Sequence record: PQ850596.1
DNA from: Escherichia phage AnnaReinhart_Bas75
Strand: one strand, 5' to 3'
Length of the DNA stretch: 43,870 nt
Shown here: positions 1 through 8,545 of the stretch, in pieces
Layout: every line of letters begins with the position of its first letter
How positions within the stretch are numbered: position 1 is the stretch's first letter
The notes under the pieces: generated by a model
The model's input: the letters and a program-made list of their open reading frames with translations, nothing else
Database searches by the model: none
Told to the model about the DNA's origin: nothing
Position numbers and translations under genes: made by a program

Positions 1-42
1 GTGCGCTCTGATGGTCAGACGCATATGCAAGGGGATTCTATG

Positions 43-549
43 AAGCTGAAACTTAAGCAGCCATCGCCAGAGGTGGTACAAGCTGCACATGAAGAAGCTG
101 TTAGCGCAAACCGTCGCCGTAAACGACCGCGCGGTAAACAGAGCCTTTATCAATCATCCCGTAATTCTGCGGCATTGTGGGACCCGGACTACTGTGACGC
201 GTTAATCGAGTTCTTCGACCGCACGTCGTGGGAGCTTGTGCCAACGTCTAAGGGTGACGAACGCCCGCTGATTCAGGATAAACCACCGTCACTGGCCCGC
301 TTCGCCTTACACATCGGAGTCACTATCCCGATTATTAAGCTTTGGCTGCGTGAGATTCCCGCATTTGCAGAAGCCTGGGAGACAGCACAGGCGCTGGAAG
401 AGGCATACTTCACTGAAACGGGGGCCGCGGGCATCTCTGCTACGTTTGCCGCCGCGAAACTGGGCCTGAATAAAACAGTTGTCGCCGAAGAAGTACGCGA
501 CGAGCCAATCAGCGAAGTAACAATTAAGGTGGTGTCCGGTGAACGTTAA
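43..549 (+). CDS. putative terminase small subunit (packaging DNA-binding protein)
   Basis: ORF directly upstream of and overlapping terL; Arg/Lys-rich N-terminus; AAGGGGA RBS before ATG at 43. Frame is open back to position 1, so the true 5' end may lie upstream or at ATG 25. Function inferred mainly from position. Confidence 0.45.
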   Translation, partial: KLKLKQPSPEVVQAAHEEAVSANRRRKRPRGKQSLYQSSRNSAALWDPDYCDALIEFFDRTSWELVPTSKGDERPLIQDKPPSLARFALHIGVTIPIIKLWLREIPAFAEAWETAQALEEAYFTETGAAGISATFAAAKLGLNKTVVAEEVRDEPISEVTIKVVSGER

Positions 550-1810
550 TATCACGGCAACGGAGCCGCAAGGCGCGTTTCTCGGTATGCATTGCAAGTT
601 TCCGGCATTCGTAGCTGGCTTCGGTACGGGTAAATCCGAAGTTATGTGCAACTCTGCACTACTCGACAGCATGGAAGGTGGGAGCGATTCTATCATCGCC
701 ATGTATGAGCCGACTTATGACCTGGTGCGCCTCATCCTTGCACCGCGTATGGAAGAAAAGCTCACCGACTGGGGTATCCGGTACAAATACAACAAGTCTG
801 ACAACATAATCTATACGTCTTCCGGACAATTTGGGGATTTTGTTCTGCGTACACTTGATAATCCAGCACGAATCGTTGGCTACGAATCGTTTCGTGCGAA
901 AATCGACGAGTTGGACACCCTTAACATGGAGCACGCCGAGCACGCGTGGAACAAAGTCATCGCCCGTAACCGCCAGTTGCCGCGGACATATAAACCTATT
1001 ACACCGAAACCTGCTAATACCGTTTCCGTGTTCACTACCCCGGAAGGATTCCGTTTCGTACATGACCGCTGGGTAGTCAAAAAGAATCCATGCTACGAGA
1101 TGATTCAGGCGTCCACCCTGTCTAACCCGTTCCTGCCAGAAGATTATGTGCAGTCGTTACGCGACACATACCCAGGTCAGTTGATTGACGCCTACATCAA
1201 CGGCGAGTTCGTCAACCTGACGGCGGGGACTGTCTATTACGCCTATGACCGCAGGAAAAACAGCAGCCGCGAAACAATAAAACCAGGCGAGACTCTGTAT
1301 ATCGGGCAGGACTTTAACGTAGGCCACATGGCTAGTACAGTTTACGTGCAACGTGGCAAAGTCTGGCATGCAGTCGCCGAGTTGGTGGATATGTTCGATA
1401 CGCCCGATGTGGTGAGAGCCGTAACAGAGCGCTGGAAAAGTAAGGGCCACTATATCGTTATGTACCCCGACGCAAGCGGTAAAAACCGTAAAAGTAACAA
1501 CGCCAGCACATCTGATATTGCCCAGTTACAGCAGGCCGGCTTCGAAGTGCGCGCTAAATCGACAAACCCACCGGTTAAAGACCGCGTAGCGGCGATGAAT
1601 AAGGCGCTTGAATCTGGTATGGTCATGATTAATGAACAGGCTTGCCCTGTTACCGCACGATGCCTGGAGCAACAGGCTTACGACAAGAACGGCGAACCGG
1701 ATAAATCAGGCGGTGTGGACCACCAGAATGATGGAACCACATACCCTATCGCGTATGAAATGCCGATTCGCAAACCAGTTATTAACGTCCCGGTGACTTT
1801 CGCACTTTAA
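539..1810 (+). CDS. terL: terminase large subunit
   Basis: 423-aa ORF with GTG start preceded by AGGTGG RBS; N-terminal P-loop-like GFGTGKS; sits directly before the portal gene in canonical packaging order. Confidence 0.8.
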   Translation: MNVNITATEPQGAFLGMHCKFPAFVAGFGTGKSEVMCNSALLDSMEGGSDSIIAMYEPTYDLVRLILAPRMEEKLTDWGIRYKYNKSDNIIYTSSGQFGDFVLRTLDNPARIVGYESFRAKIDELDTLNMEHAEHAWNKVIARNRQLPRTYKPITPKPANTVSVFTTPEGFRFVHDRWVVKKNPCYEMIQASTLSNPFLPEDYVQSLRDTYPGQLIDAYINGEFVNLTAGTVYYAYDRRKNSSRETIKPGETLYIGQDFNVGHMASTVYVQRGKVWHAVAELVDMFDTPDVVRAVTERWKSKGHYIVMYPDASGKNRKSNNASTSDIAQLQQAGFEVRAKSTNPPVKDRVAAMNKALESGMVMINEQACPVTARCLEQQAYDKNGEPDKSGGVDHQNDGTTYPIAYEMPIRKPVINVPVTFAL

Positions 1811-1822
1811 GAGGATTATTCA

Positions 1823-3304
1823 ATGTTAACTATGAACGGTCAGAATCAGGGTGTTAAGACAAAACACCGGGAATGGCTGCATCACTTCGATAAATGGCAG
1901 AAGGTACGCCACGCTCTTGAAGGCGACCTTATCCGCTATCTGCGCAACGTCGGGAAGAACGAGCCTGACCAGACCTACGCAGCACAGCGACAGGAAGAAT
2001 ACGAGAACGGCGCTATCTGCTACAATTTCACCAAACGCACGCTGGCGGGGATGACGGGGTCAGTGATGCGCAAAGACCCTGAGCAGATTATCCCGCCTGA
2101 ACTTGAGTACCTGTTGCACAACGCTGACGGTTCAGGTGTCGGGCTGTGGCAGCACGCGCAGGATACGCTGATGGAGATTAACTCGATAGGCCGTGGCGGG
2201 TTGCTGGTGGACGCCCCGGAAACAGCCGCAGCAACGGCGGCAGAGCAGAACGCGGGATTATTAAACCCGGTAATCGCATTCTATACCGCGGAGAACATTA
2301 TCAACTGGAGACTCACCCGCATCGGTTCAGTGAACCGCGTGACGATGGTTGTATTGCGTGAGGCATGGGAATACTCGGAACCAGGCGCTGAGTTTGAAAC
2401 AAAATTCGGCGAGCAATACCGCGTCCTTGACCTGATTGACGGTCGCTACCGCCAGCGCATCTACCGCTTCGATGCCGAAGGTGGCGCACAGGATGAAGTA
2501 ATCGAAATCTTCCCGGAACTCGGCGAACAGTTGCGCGGTAAAATCCCGTTCACGTTCATTGGCGCAAGCAACAACGACGCCACTATAGACGATGCGCCTT
2601 TACTGCCGTTAGCTGAGCTAAATATCGGTCATTTCCGCAACAGCGCAGACAATGAGGAGTCCAGCTTCGTTGTAGGCCAGCCTACTCTGTTCATCGCCCC
2701 AGGTGAGAACATGAGCATGGAGCAATGGAAAGAAGCCAACCCTCACGGTGTGCGCATGGGGTCCCGTTCAGGTCATAACATTGGTTACGGCGGCAATGCG
2801 TTTCTGGTTCAGGCAGGAGAGAACAACCTCGCCAAACAGAACATGCTGGATAAAGAGAATCAGGCCATCCAGATTGGCGCGCAGCTTATCACCCCGACGC
2901 AGCAAATCACCGCGGAATCGGCCCGCCTGCAACGCGGCGCCGACACGTCAGTCATGGCAACAATAGCACGTAATGTAAGCATGGCGTATACCGATGCGTT
3001 GCGCTGGGTTGCGGGTATGCTTGGGCTTAGTGAAGATACTGAGATTGAGTTCAAGCTGAATATGGAATTCTTCCTGCAACCTATGACAGCTCAGGACCGC
3101 GCTCAGTGGATGGCGGATATTAACGCTGGCCTGCTACCCGCCACCGCTTACTATGCTGCGTTGCGCAAGGCAGGTGTGACTGACTGGACAGATGAGGACA
3201 TTCAGAACGCTATTGAAGACGCACCTCTGCCGTTGGGTTCTGTTGCTCAGGTAGCGGGAGAGATTCCGCAGTCGGCGCAGCAACAGGACACCACTCAGCA
3301 GTAA
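1823..3304 (+). CDS. portal protein
   Basis: 493-aa ORF immediately after terL; acidic C-terminus; followed by a GNRA-loop hairpin. Assignment by size and gene order. Confidence 0.7.
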   Translation: MLTMNGQNQGVKTKHREWLHHFDKWQKVRHALEGDLIRYLRNVGKNEPDQTYAAQRQEEYENGAICYNFTKRTLAGMTGSVMRKDPEQIIPPELEYLLHNADGSGVGLWQHAQDTLMEINSIGRGGLLVDAPETAAATAAEQNAGLLNPVIAFYTAENIINWRLTRIGSVNRVTMVVLREAWEYSEPGAEFETKFGEQYRVLDLIDGRYRQRIYRFDAEGGAQDEVIEIFPELGEQLRGKIPFTFIGASNNDATIDDAPLLPLAELNIGHFRNSADNEESSFVVGQPTLFIAPGENMSMEQWKEANPHGVRMGSRSGHNIGYGGNAFLVQAGENNLAKQNMLDKENQAIQIGAQLITPTQQITAESARLQRGADTSVMATIARNVSMAYTDALRWVAGMLGLSEDTEIEFKLNMEFFLQPMTAQDRAQWMADINAGLLPATAYYAALRKAGVTDWTDEDIQNAIEDAPLPLGSVAQVAGEIPQSAQQQDTTQQ

Positions 3305-3314
3305 GTTCACCTAT

Positions 3315-3335
3315 AGCCCCGAAAGGGGCTTTCTT
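3315..3335 (+). terminator. hairpin AGCCCC-gaaa-GGGGCT followed by TTCTT; intra-operon attenuator or processing hairpin after the portal gene
   Basis: Perfect 6-bp GC-rich stem with GAAA tetraloop and short T-tract, seen directly in sequence. Confidence 0.45.
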
Positions 3336-3340
3336 ATAGT

Positions 3341-4417
3341 ATGCTATTAACTTTAGCGCCACAGGGTTTATCTATGAGCTTACTTACATCCCTAATCAGC
3401 CATCAGATATGGCTGCAACGCACCGCATCCGGTGAGGTGAAAGACCTCACGCCGTTCATTCAGGAGATAAGGGATGAAATCAAACGGCAGGTGCTGTTAT
3501 TCGGTGACGACGGTCGCAGCACTGCGCGACTGAATAAACTGTTACGCGACCTGGAAGAAGCACTAACCGGTATTACGGGTGACTGGCAAACAAAGCTAAC
3601 AGACGACCTTAAGGAACTGGCGGCGTACGAGGCTGAGTGGAACGTAAAGACACTGACCGCCAACGTAGACGCGGAATTTGTTACGCCTACCGCTGAGCAG
3701 GTATGGGCCGCTGCCGAGTTTCAACCATTATCATTGAGCGACAAGCCCGTTGATTTCACCAAGCTGATGTCTGGATGGGGCGAAACGGAAGTAGCACGTC
3801 TTGTAACTGGAGTTAAGATGGGCTTTGTGCAAGGTCAAACCACACGGCAGATTGTTAAGAATGTTGTTGGCGCTGGTGGACTAGCCGACATCTCAGAACG
3901 TAACGCGACTACGGTAATCCGCACCGCGCTGTCCCACGTATCCAACGAGGCCCGTAACGAGACGTACCGCCAGAACGACGACATCATCGAGAAGTACGAG
4001 TGGGTGTCAACGCTTGACAGCCGCACCAGTACGATTTGCAGGGTCAGAGACGGGATGACGTGGGAAATTGGTAAGGGGCCGATGCCCCCAGCCCATCCGA
4101 ACTGCCGGTCGTGCACGGCTCCGGTAATCAGTTCCGAGTTCGACTTCCTCGATAAAGGCGCAAAACGCGCGGCTAAAGGCGCGGAAGGTGGCACTCAGGT
4201 AAGCGCAGACACCACTTACTACGAGTTCCTTAAACAACAACCGGCGTGGTTTCAGGACCAGGCGCTCGGCCCGGTGCGAGGTAAGATTTTCCGTAACAGC
4301 GGTATATCGCCGGAAGAGTTTCGCGTAATATCTGTAGATGGTTTCGGGAATCCGCTCACGCTTAAGCAGATGGCGGAACTCGATAAACGTGTTGCTGATT
4401 ATCTGAAAGGGGAATAA
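3341..4417 (+). CDS. head morphogenesis / minor capsid protein (Mu gpF / SPP1 gp7-like)
   Basis: 358-aa ORF following portal, the conserved position of F-like head morphogenesis proteins; alternative start at ATG 3374. Family assignment from position and general sequence character only. Confidence 0.55.
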   Translation: MLLTLAPQGLSMSLLTSLISHQIWLQRTASGEVKDLTPFIQEIRDEIKRQVLLFGDDGRSTARLNKLLRDLEEALTGITGDWQTKLTDDLKELAAYEAEWNVKTLTANVDAEFVTPTAEQVWAAAEFQPLSLSDKPVDFTKLMSGWGETEVARLVTGVKMGFVQGQTTRQIVKNVVGAGGLADISERNATTVIRTALSHVSNEARNETYRQNDDIIEKYEWVSTLDSRTSTICRVRDGMTWEIGKGPMPPAHPNCRSCTAPVISSEFDFLDKGAKRAAKGAEGGTQVSADTTYYEFLKQQPAWFQDQALGPVRGKIFRNSGISPEEFRVISVDGFGNPLTLKQMAELDKRVADYLKGE

Positions 4418-4878
4418 TGATGGGCTTTTTCAAAGTAACTGACGTACCGTCTCGTCGCGTAGTCCAGTACGCCCGCGTGTCTGGCTCTGGCGAGAACGTG
4501 GTATTTATTGAGGACGAAAGTGTACTCGGTACACCGGTAGATGATATGCCGTTTGCAGATAAAACCGGTATTGCGTTGCCCGCCGCCGGTATGCTTTATG
4601 AAATTCCGTATCTGGCGGACGCTGGCGACGTGTATTTCTCTGTGCAACCAAAAGACGCTGAACTGGCCGACGGCAGCGCGACTATCACTGTCGAAGTTAA
4701 AGCAGGTGAAGCGCCGTATGCACTGACCTGGTACAAAGACGGTAAGGAAGTTGTCAACGCCCCGGAAGAGGCACTTTCCTTGACGGTTAACGCAGTGGGT
4801 GAATACTTCGTTAAAGTTACCGATGCTGATGGTGTAGAGGCTGTCAGTAAAGCTGCGAAGGTCACTAAGCCCGAATGA
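4417..4878 (+). CDS. Ig-like domain protein (possible capsid decoration protein)
   Basis: 153 aa; C-terminal segment TITVEVKAGEAPYALTWYKDGKEV...GEYFVKVTD resembles Ig-like (I-set/Big-type) domains; paralogous to 8190..8540. Confidence 0.5.
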   Translation: MMGFFKVTDVPSRRVVQYARVSGSGENVVFIEDESVLGTPVDDMPFADKTGIALPAAGMLYEIPYLADAGDVYFSVQPKDAELADGSATITVEVKAGEAPYALTWYKDGKEVVNAPEEALSLTVNAVGEYFVKVTDADGVEAVSKAAKVTKPE

Positions 4879-4881
4879 TAA

Positions 4882-4905
4882 AAGGCCCCATTAAGGGGCC
4901 TTAGT
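4882..4905. terminator. bidirectional rho-independent terminator AAGGCCCC-atta-GGGGCCTT
   Basis: 8-bp GC-rich stem flanked by A-run upstream and T-run downstream; lies between convergent genes 4417..4878 (+) and 4908..5111 (-). Confidence 0.7.
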
Positions 4906-4907
4906 TT

Positions 4908-5111
4908 TCAACGGAATCTTGTGTTTAAATCCTGCTCGTGGACGACCCTCAGAACAGTGTCATAATCCCCGTATCTTCCAGGTTCAAATATATCTAATGC
5001 CTTGTAAGCAGACATTGCGTCAGGGAAAACCTGCAGAACCTTTTTAACCCGGCACAAGTCACCGTCGAACTCTTCATCGAACTCTTGAACTACTTCGCAA
5101 ATTGCATACAT
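4908..5111 (-). CDS. hypothetical small acidic protein (67 aa), single-gene minus-strand insert
   Basis: ORF with AGGAGG RBS 8 nt before ATG, own early-type promoter (5139..5167) and shared terminator; opposite orientation to flanking structural genes. Confidence 0.6.
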   Translation of the reverse strand: MYAICEVVQEFDEEFDGDLCRVKKVLQVFPDAMSAYKALDIFEPGRYGDYDTVLRVVHEQDLNTRFR

Positions 5112-5138
5112 TTTTCACCTCCTGTTTAAGTTAACTGA

Positions 5139-5167
5139 ATAGTACCCTATTATATTGGGGTGTGCAA
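5139..5167 (-). promoter_or_regulatory. sigma70-like promoter TTGCAC-N17-TACTAT containing palindrome AATAG-N4-CTATT
   Basis: Read on minus strand: TTGCAC accccaatataataggg TACTAT, then AGGAGG RBS and ATG of 4908..5111. Near-identical to sites at 14262, 37025 and 38441. Confidence 0.6.
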
Positions 5168-5442
5168 ACTATTTATTTACGTATTCCAGTTATTCCACCG
5201 AATTGTAAATGTTGGAATAAACTATTCGAATAGTTGACTTTTCACTAAAAATATGATAAGCTCCACCTGAGCTTGTGAAATATGAACAAGCGACCGCGGC
5301 GCGGGCAGGTAACGGAGCGGGACGTAAGTCCTGAGTGTAGTTACGCTGACGCGTTCGGAAGGGCCATACTCTATTGCTTGTGTAAAAAGTAACAGGTTTA
5401 CTGAGATTACGCCGTTTCTATGTTTAAATGATAAGGACTAGC

Positions 5443-5468
5443 GCCCTGCTTTAAGGCAGGGCTTTACT
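5443..5468 (+). terminator. hairpin GCCCTGC-N-GCAGGGC followed by TTTACTT
   Basis: 7-bp stem with T-rich 3' flank, immediately upstream of the Rz RBS. Confidence 0.4.
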
Positions 5469-5486
5469 TATCGAGAAAGGAGAAAC

Positions 5487-5873
5487 ATGAATCTTAAAGC
5501 AACTGTCGTAGCAGGAGCATGTTTCATCATCCTGGTTTACGCACACGGCATCTACCAGTATCGCAGCGGATGGAACGAAGGCCGGGCTAATCTCGTTTCG
5601 CAGCAACAGCAGAAAGCACAGGCTGAGTTAGCGAAGAAAACACAACGGCAGCAGCAGGATGAATCGAAGGCCGCCGCCGCTGACAACGAAGGCAAGACGA
5701 AATCAGAGGTGATTACCCGTGAAGTCGTTAAGTACATTAAAACGCCTGGTCGCAGTGTGTGCGCTTTTGACCCTGAGCGCGTGCAGCTCAAGTCCCGCGC
5801 CGTCGCAAACGCCAACTCCATCCCCGGATACGACGATGATGCAGCCGCCGTGCAAACTGGCACCGCCAAGTAG
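5487..5873 (+). CDS. Rz: i-spanin (Rz-like inner membrane spanin)
   Basis: 128 aa; N-terminal transmembrane segment (VVAGACFIILVYAHGIY), then Gln/Ala/Lys-rich predicted coiled coil; contains an embedded out-of-frame lipoprotein ORF, the hallmark Rz/Rz1 arrangement. Confidence 0.6.
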   Translation: MNLKATVVAGACFIILVYAHGIYQYRSGWNEGRANLVSQQQQKAQAELAKKTQRQQQDESKAAAADNEGKTKSEVITREVVKYIKTPGRSVCAFDPERVQLKSRAVANANSIPGYDDDAAAVQTGTAK

Positions 5874-5982
5874 CGACGCCGACGAGGATTTGGCTATCGA
5901 CGTTCAGAACGCTGAATGTGTACGGCAACTGAGGCTGAAAGTGTTTATGTTGCAGGATTACGTGAGGAATATTCTGGAATAG
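5719..5982 (+). CDS. Rz1: o-spanin (Rz1-like outer membrane lipoprotein), overlapping the 3' end of Rz in another frame
   Basis: GTG start with GAGGTGA RBS; signal peptide ending in lipobox LSAC; Pro-rich mature region (SPAPSQTPTPSP...PPC), typical of Rz1. Confidence 0.55.
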   Translation: MKSLSTLKRLVAVCALLTLSACSSSPAPSQTPTPSPDTTMMQPPCKLAPPSSDADEDLAIDVQNAECVRQLRLKVFMLQDYVRNILE

Positions 5983-6064
5983 TTGCCTTGCATGTTGGAA
6001 TAATTTATTCTTGACATGTAAATCCGGGTGGCCCGGGTTCCAACGTCCAGGGGACATACTGACT

Positions 6065-6769
6065 ATGAATCGTTTTTTACGTTATCCGTTCCAGGAAGAA
6101 GCTGGGGCAGAAGATAAAGCTGGTGGCGGTGACGCGCCGAAAATGTTCACCGCTGAAGAAGTTCAGGCGCTGATTGAGAAAGAAGTTGCCGGGCTTAAGG
6201 CTAATCAGGAAGCATTGTTGGCGGAGAAGAAAGAAGCCGCTCGCAAAGCAAAAGAGGCCGAAGAAGAACGGCAGCGCGCGCACCAGGAGGCGTTAAAAGC
6301 CGCTGGTAAGATGGACGAGTTCGAAAAGACGATTCGTAGCCAGTATGACCCGGTGTTAGCCGAGAAAGACGGTCGCATCTCCAGAATGGCAGAGCGTATC
6401 CTCGGCAGCGAACGTAAAGCGGTGCTAGGCTCTTTCGCGGGTGACTTTATTACCCCGGAAGCAGTGGACATTCTTGCGCCGTTCGTTAAGACTGAGTTCG
6501 AAGGCGATGATGTGGTTACTAAGTTTGTTGGTGCAGACGGTAACGTAATCACGACTGACCCGGAACAGTTCCGCAAATACCTGCGCGAACACAAGGCGTT
6601 TTCGCATTTGATTAAAGCAAATGCAGCTTCCGGCGGCGGGGCTTCCGGTAGCAAAGGCGGCGGGGCCGCACCAGCGTTTAAAGACATGAGTGAAGCGGAG
6701 CGTATCGCTCTGTACGAATCGAACCCTGCCGAATTTGAACGGCAACTTAAAGCCCTGAGGAAAAAATAA
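6065..6769 (+). CDS. scaffolding protein
   Basis: Highly charged, Ala/Glu/Lys-rich coiled-coil-like protein immediately upstream of the major capsid gene; ORF listed from TTG 6011, ATG at 6065 preferred. Confidence 0.6.
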   Translation: MNRFLRYPFQEEAGAEDKAGGGDAPKMFTAEEVQALIEKEVAGLKANQEALLAEKKEAARKAKEAEEERQRAHQEALKAAGKMDEFEKTIRSQYDPVLAEKDGRISRMAERILGSERKAVLGSFAGDFITPEAVDILAPFVKTEFEGDDVVTKFVGADGNVITTDPEQFRKYLREHKAFSHLIKANAASGGGASGSKGGGAAPAFKDMSEAERIALYESNPAEFERQLKALRKK

Positions 6770-7818
6770 TGGCAATTACTACTATCGGCGACATCGTAAC
6801 TGGTAAAGAATCGGTAATCCTGTCCTACATGACAGAGGACCCGGTAGAGAAAACCGCGTTCTTCCAGTCCGGTATCCTTACCTCGACTCCGTATGCCGCC
6901 GCTATCGCAAACGGCCCGTCCAACAAAGCGGTCCTGCCGTACTGGAAAGCTATTGATACCTCTATCGAGCCGAACTACTCGAACGACGTATATCAGGACG
7001 TCGCCACCCCGCGTAACGTGCAAACCGGTGAGATGGATGTTCGCGTAGCTTACCTGAACGAAGGTTTTGGTCAGGCTGACCTGACGGTAGAACTGACCAG
7101 CCAGAATCCGCTGCAATCCGTGGCTTCCCGTCTGGATAACTTCTGGCAGCGTCAGGCACAACGCCGTCTTATTGCTACCGCGCTCGGTCTGTACAATGAC
7201 AACGTAGCGGCTACCGATGCATACCACGAGCAGAATGACATGGTGATCGACGTTTCCGCTACTATGGGCTTCGACTCCGGTGCGTTCATCGACGCTACCC
7301 AGACTATGGGTGACGCGCTGATGGGTAACGGCGGTGAAGTGCTGGGGGCTATCGCGATGCACAGCTTCGTTTATGCGCAGGCTCGTAAGCAGCAGCTTAT
7401 CGACTTCATCCGTGATGCTGACAACAACACCATGTTCGCCACCTACCAGGGCTACCGTGTGATTGTTGACGACAGCATGACCGTAGTCGGTACTGGCGGC
7501 AGCCGTAAGTTCATCTCCATCATCTTCGGCAACGGCGCTATCGGTTACGGTGAAGGTTCTCCGTCAAACCCGCTGGAATACGAGCGCGAAGCGTCTCGCG
7601 GCAACGGCGGTGGCGTCGAAACCCTGTGGACCCGTAAGACCTGGTTGCTGCATCCGTTTGGTTACAGCTTCACCAGCGCAGTAATCACTGGCAACGGCAC
7701 CGAGACTATCGCCCGCTCTGCTTCATGGCAGGACCTGGCGAACGCTTCCAACTGGAACCGCGTTGTTGAGCGTAAGCATGTACCGATTGCCTTCCTGGTA
7801 ACTGGTGTCGGGGCTTAA
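6769..7818 (+). CDS. major capsid protein
   Basis: 349-aa ORF after scaffold, start overlapping scaffold stop; followed by a strong UUCG-loop hairpin terminator, as expected for the most abundant virion protein. Confidence 0.75.
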   Translation: MAITTIGDIVTGKESVILSYMTEDPVEKTAFFQSGILTSTPYAAAIANGPSNKAVLPYWKAIDTSIEPNYSNDVYQDVATPRNVQTGEMDVRVAYLNEGFGQADLTVELTSQNPLQSVASRLDNFWQRQAQRRLIATALGLYNDNVAATDAYHEQNDMVIDVSATMGFDSGAFIDATQTMGDALMGNGGEVLGAIAMHSFVYAQARKQQLIDFIRDADNNTMFATYQGYRVIVDDSMTVVGTGGSRKFISIIFGNGAIGYGEGSPSNPLEYEREASRGNGGGVETLWTRKTWLLHPFGYSFTSAVITGNGTETIARSASWQDLANASNWNRVVERKHVPIAFLVTGVGA

Positions 7819-7833
7819 GGTTAAGATATAATC

Positions 7834-7860
7834 GAGAGGGACTTCGGTCCCTCTTTTCAT
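7834..7860 (+). terminator. hairpin GAGAGGGAC-ttcg-GTCCCTCT followed by TTTCATTT (terminator/attenuator after capsid gene)
   Basis: 9-bp stem with one mismatch, UUCG tetraloop, T-rich tail. Confidence 0.6.
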
Positions 7861-7877
7861 TTACTAAGAGGTAAATT

Positions 7878-8177
7878 ATGGCTAAGACCGGAAAAGGCTT
7901 GCCTCGCAGCCTTCAGAATGTCGACTTCGGCGACTTTGACATCCCAGTAACGCCGGCTACTACCGGCGTAGTTGGTGGGGTTAAAAAGTCAGCTACTGTA
8001 GCTGCCCCCGCGGCCATTACCGCTGCCGCCGGGTCGCAGTCCGCTGCGGACCCGACTAAGCCCGAGTTCGATGCCCTTGTAGCCGAGTACAACAAACTTC
8101 GAACTGATGTAACCGCGCTGCGCACTACCGTAGCAAATCTGTTGACTGCGCTTAAAAATGCAGGAACTGTAAGCTAA
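7878..8177 (+). CDS. hypothetical structural protein (99 aa, Ala-rich)
   Basis: AAGAGG RBS before ATG; located between capsid and Ig-like genes. Confidence 0.55.
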   Translation: MAKTGKGLPRSLQNVDFGDFDIPVTPATTGVVGGVKKSATVAAPAAITAAAGSQSAADPTKPEFDALVAEYNKLRTDVTALRTTVANLLTALKNAGTVS

Positions 8178-8189
8178 AGGAGCTTAAAA

Positions 8190-8540
8190 ATGGTTGATGT
8201 AATCAAACGTCGTATTACTGGTGTTTCTGATGATTCTCCTGCCGATGGTCAGGTTGAAATCGATATGGCGAATATCTCGCCCGCATCTTTTTCTACCGCA
8301 CTTGCCGCTACCACTACCAAGTCTACGGGGCAGACGATGACTCTTACCGTAGCCGTAACTGGCGGTCTGGCCCCGTACACATACCAGTGGTACAAAGATA
8401 ACAACGCTATCCCAGGCGCTACCGCCGCCACCTACGAGAAAACTTCGCTCGCTACTACCGATTCCGGTACGTATAAAGTGGTTGTCCACGATGTATATGG
8501 TAATATTATCTCCAGCAGCACCGTAGCAACTGTATCTTAA
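8190..8540 (+). CDS. Ig-like domain protein (possible capsid decoration protein)
   Basis: 116 aa; motif MTLTVAVTGGLAPYTYQWYKDNNAI...GTYKVVVHD matches Ig-like domain signature and parallels 4417..4878. Confidence 0.55.
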   Translation: MVDVIKRRITGVSDDSPADGQVEIDMANISPASFSTALAATTTKSTGQTMTLTVAVTGGLAPYTYQWYKDNNAIPGATAATYEKTSLATTDSGTYKVVVHDVYGNIISSSTVATVS

Positions 8541-8545
8541 TACCG

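Noticed and set aside
5280-5370. GC-rich segment considered as a possible tRNA
   Set aside because: No acceptable T-loop (GTTCGGAAG has G at the invariant A58-equivalent position) and no cloverleaf with a 7-bp acceptor stem could be drawn by eye; a tRNA scan would be needed to fully exclude it.
6205-7362. 385-aa minus-strand ORF overlapping the scaffold and major capsid genes
   Set aside because: Antisense to two confidently called, translationally coupled structural genes in a GC-rich stretch where long spurious ORFs are expected; Ser/Arg/Ala-rich low-complexity translation; no RBS context.
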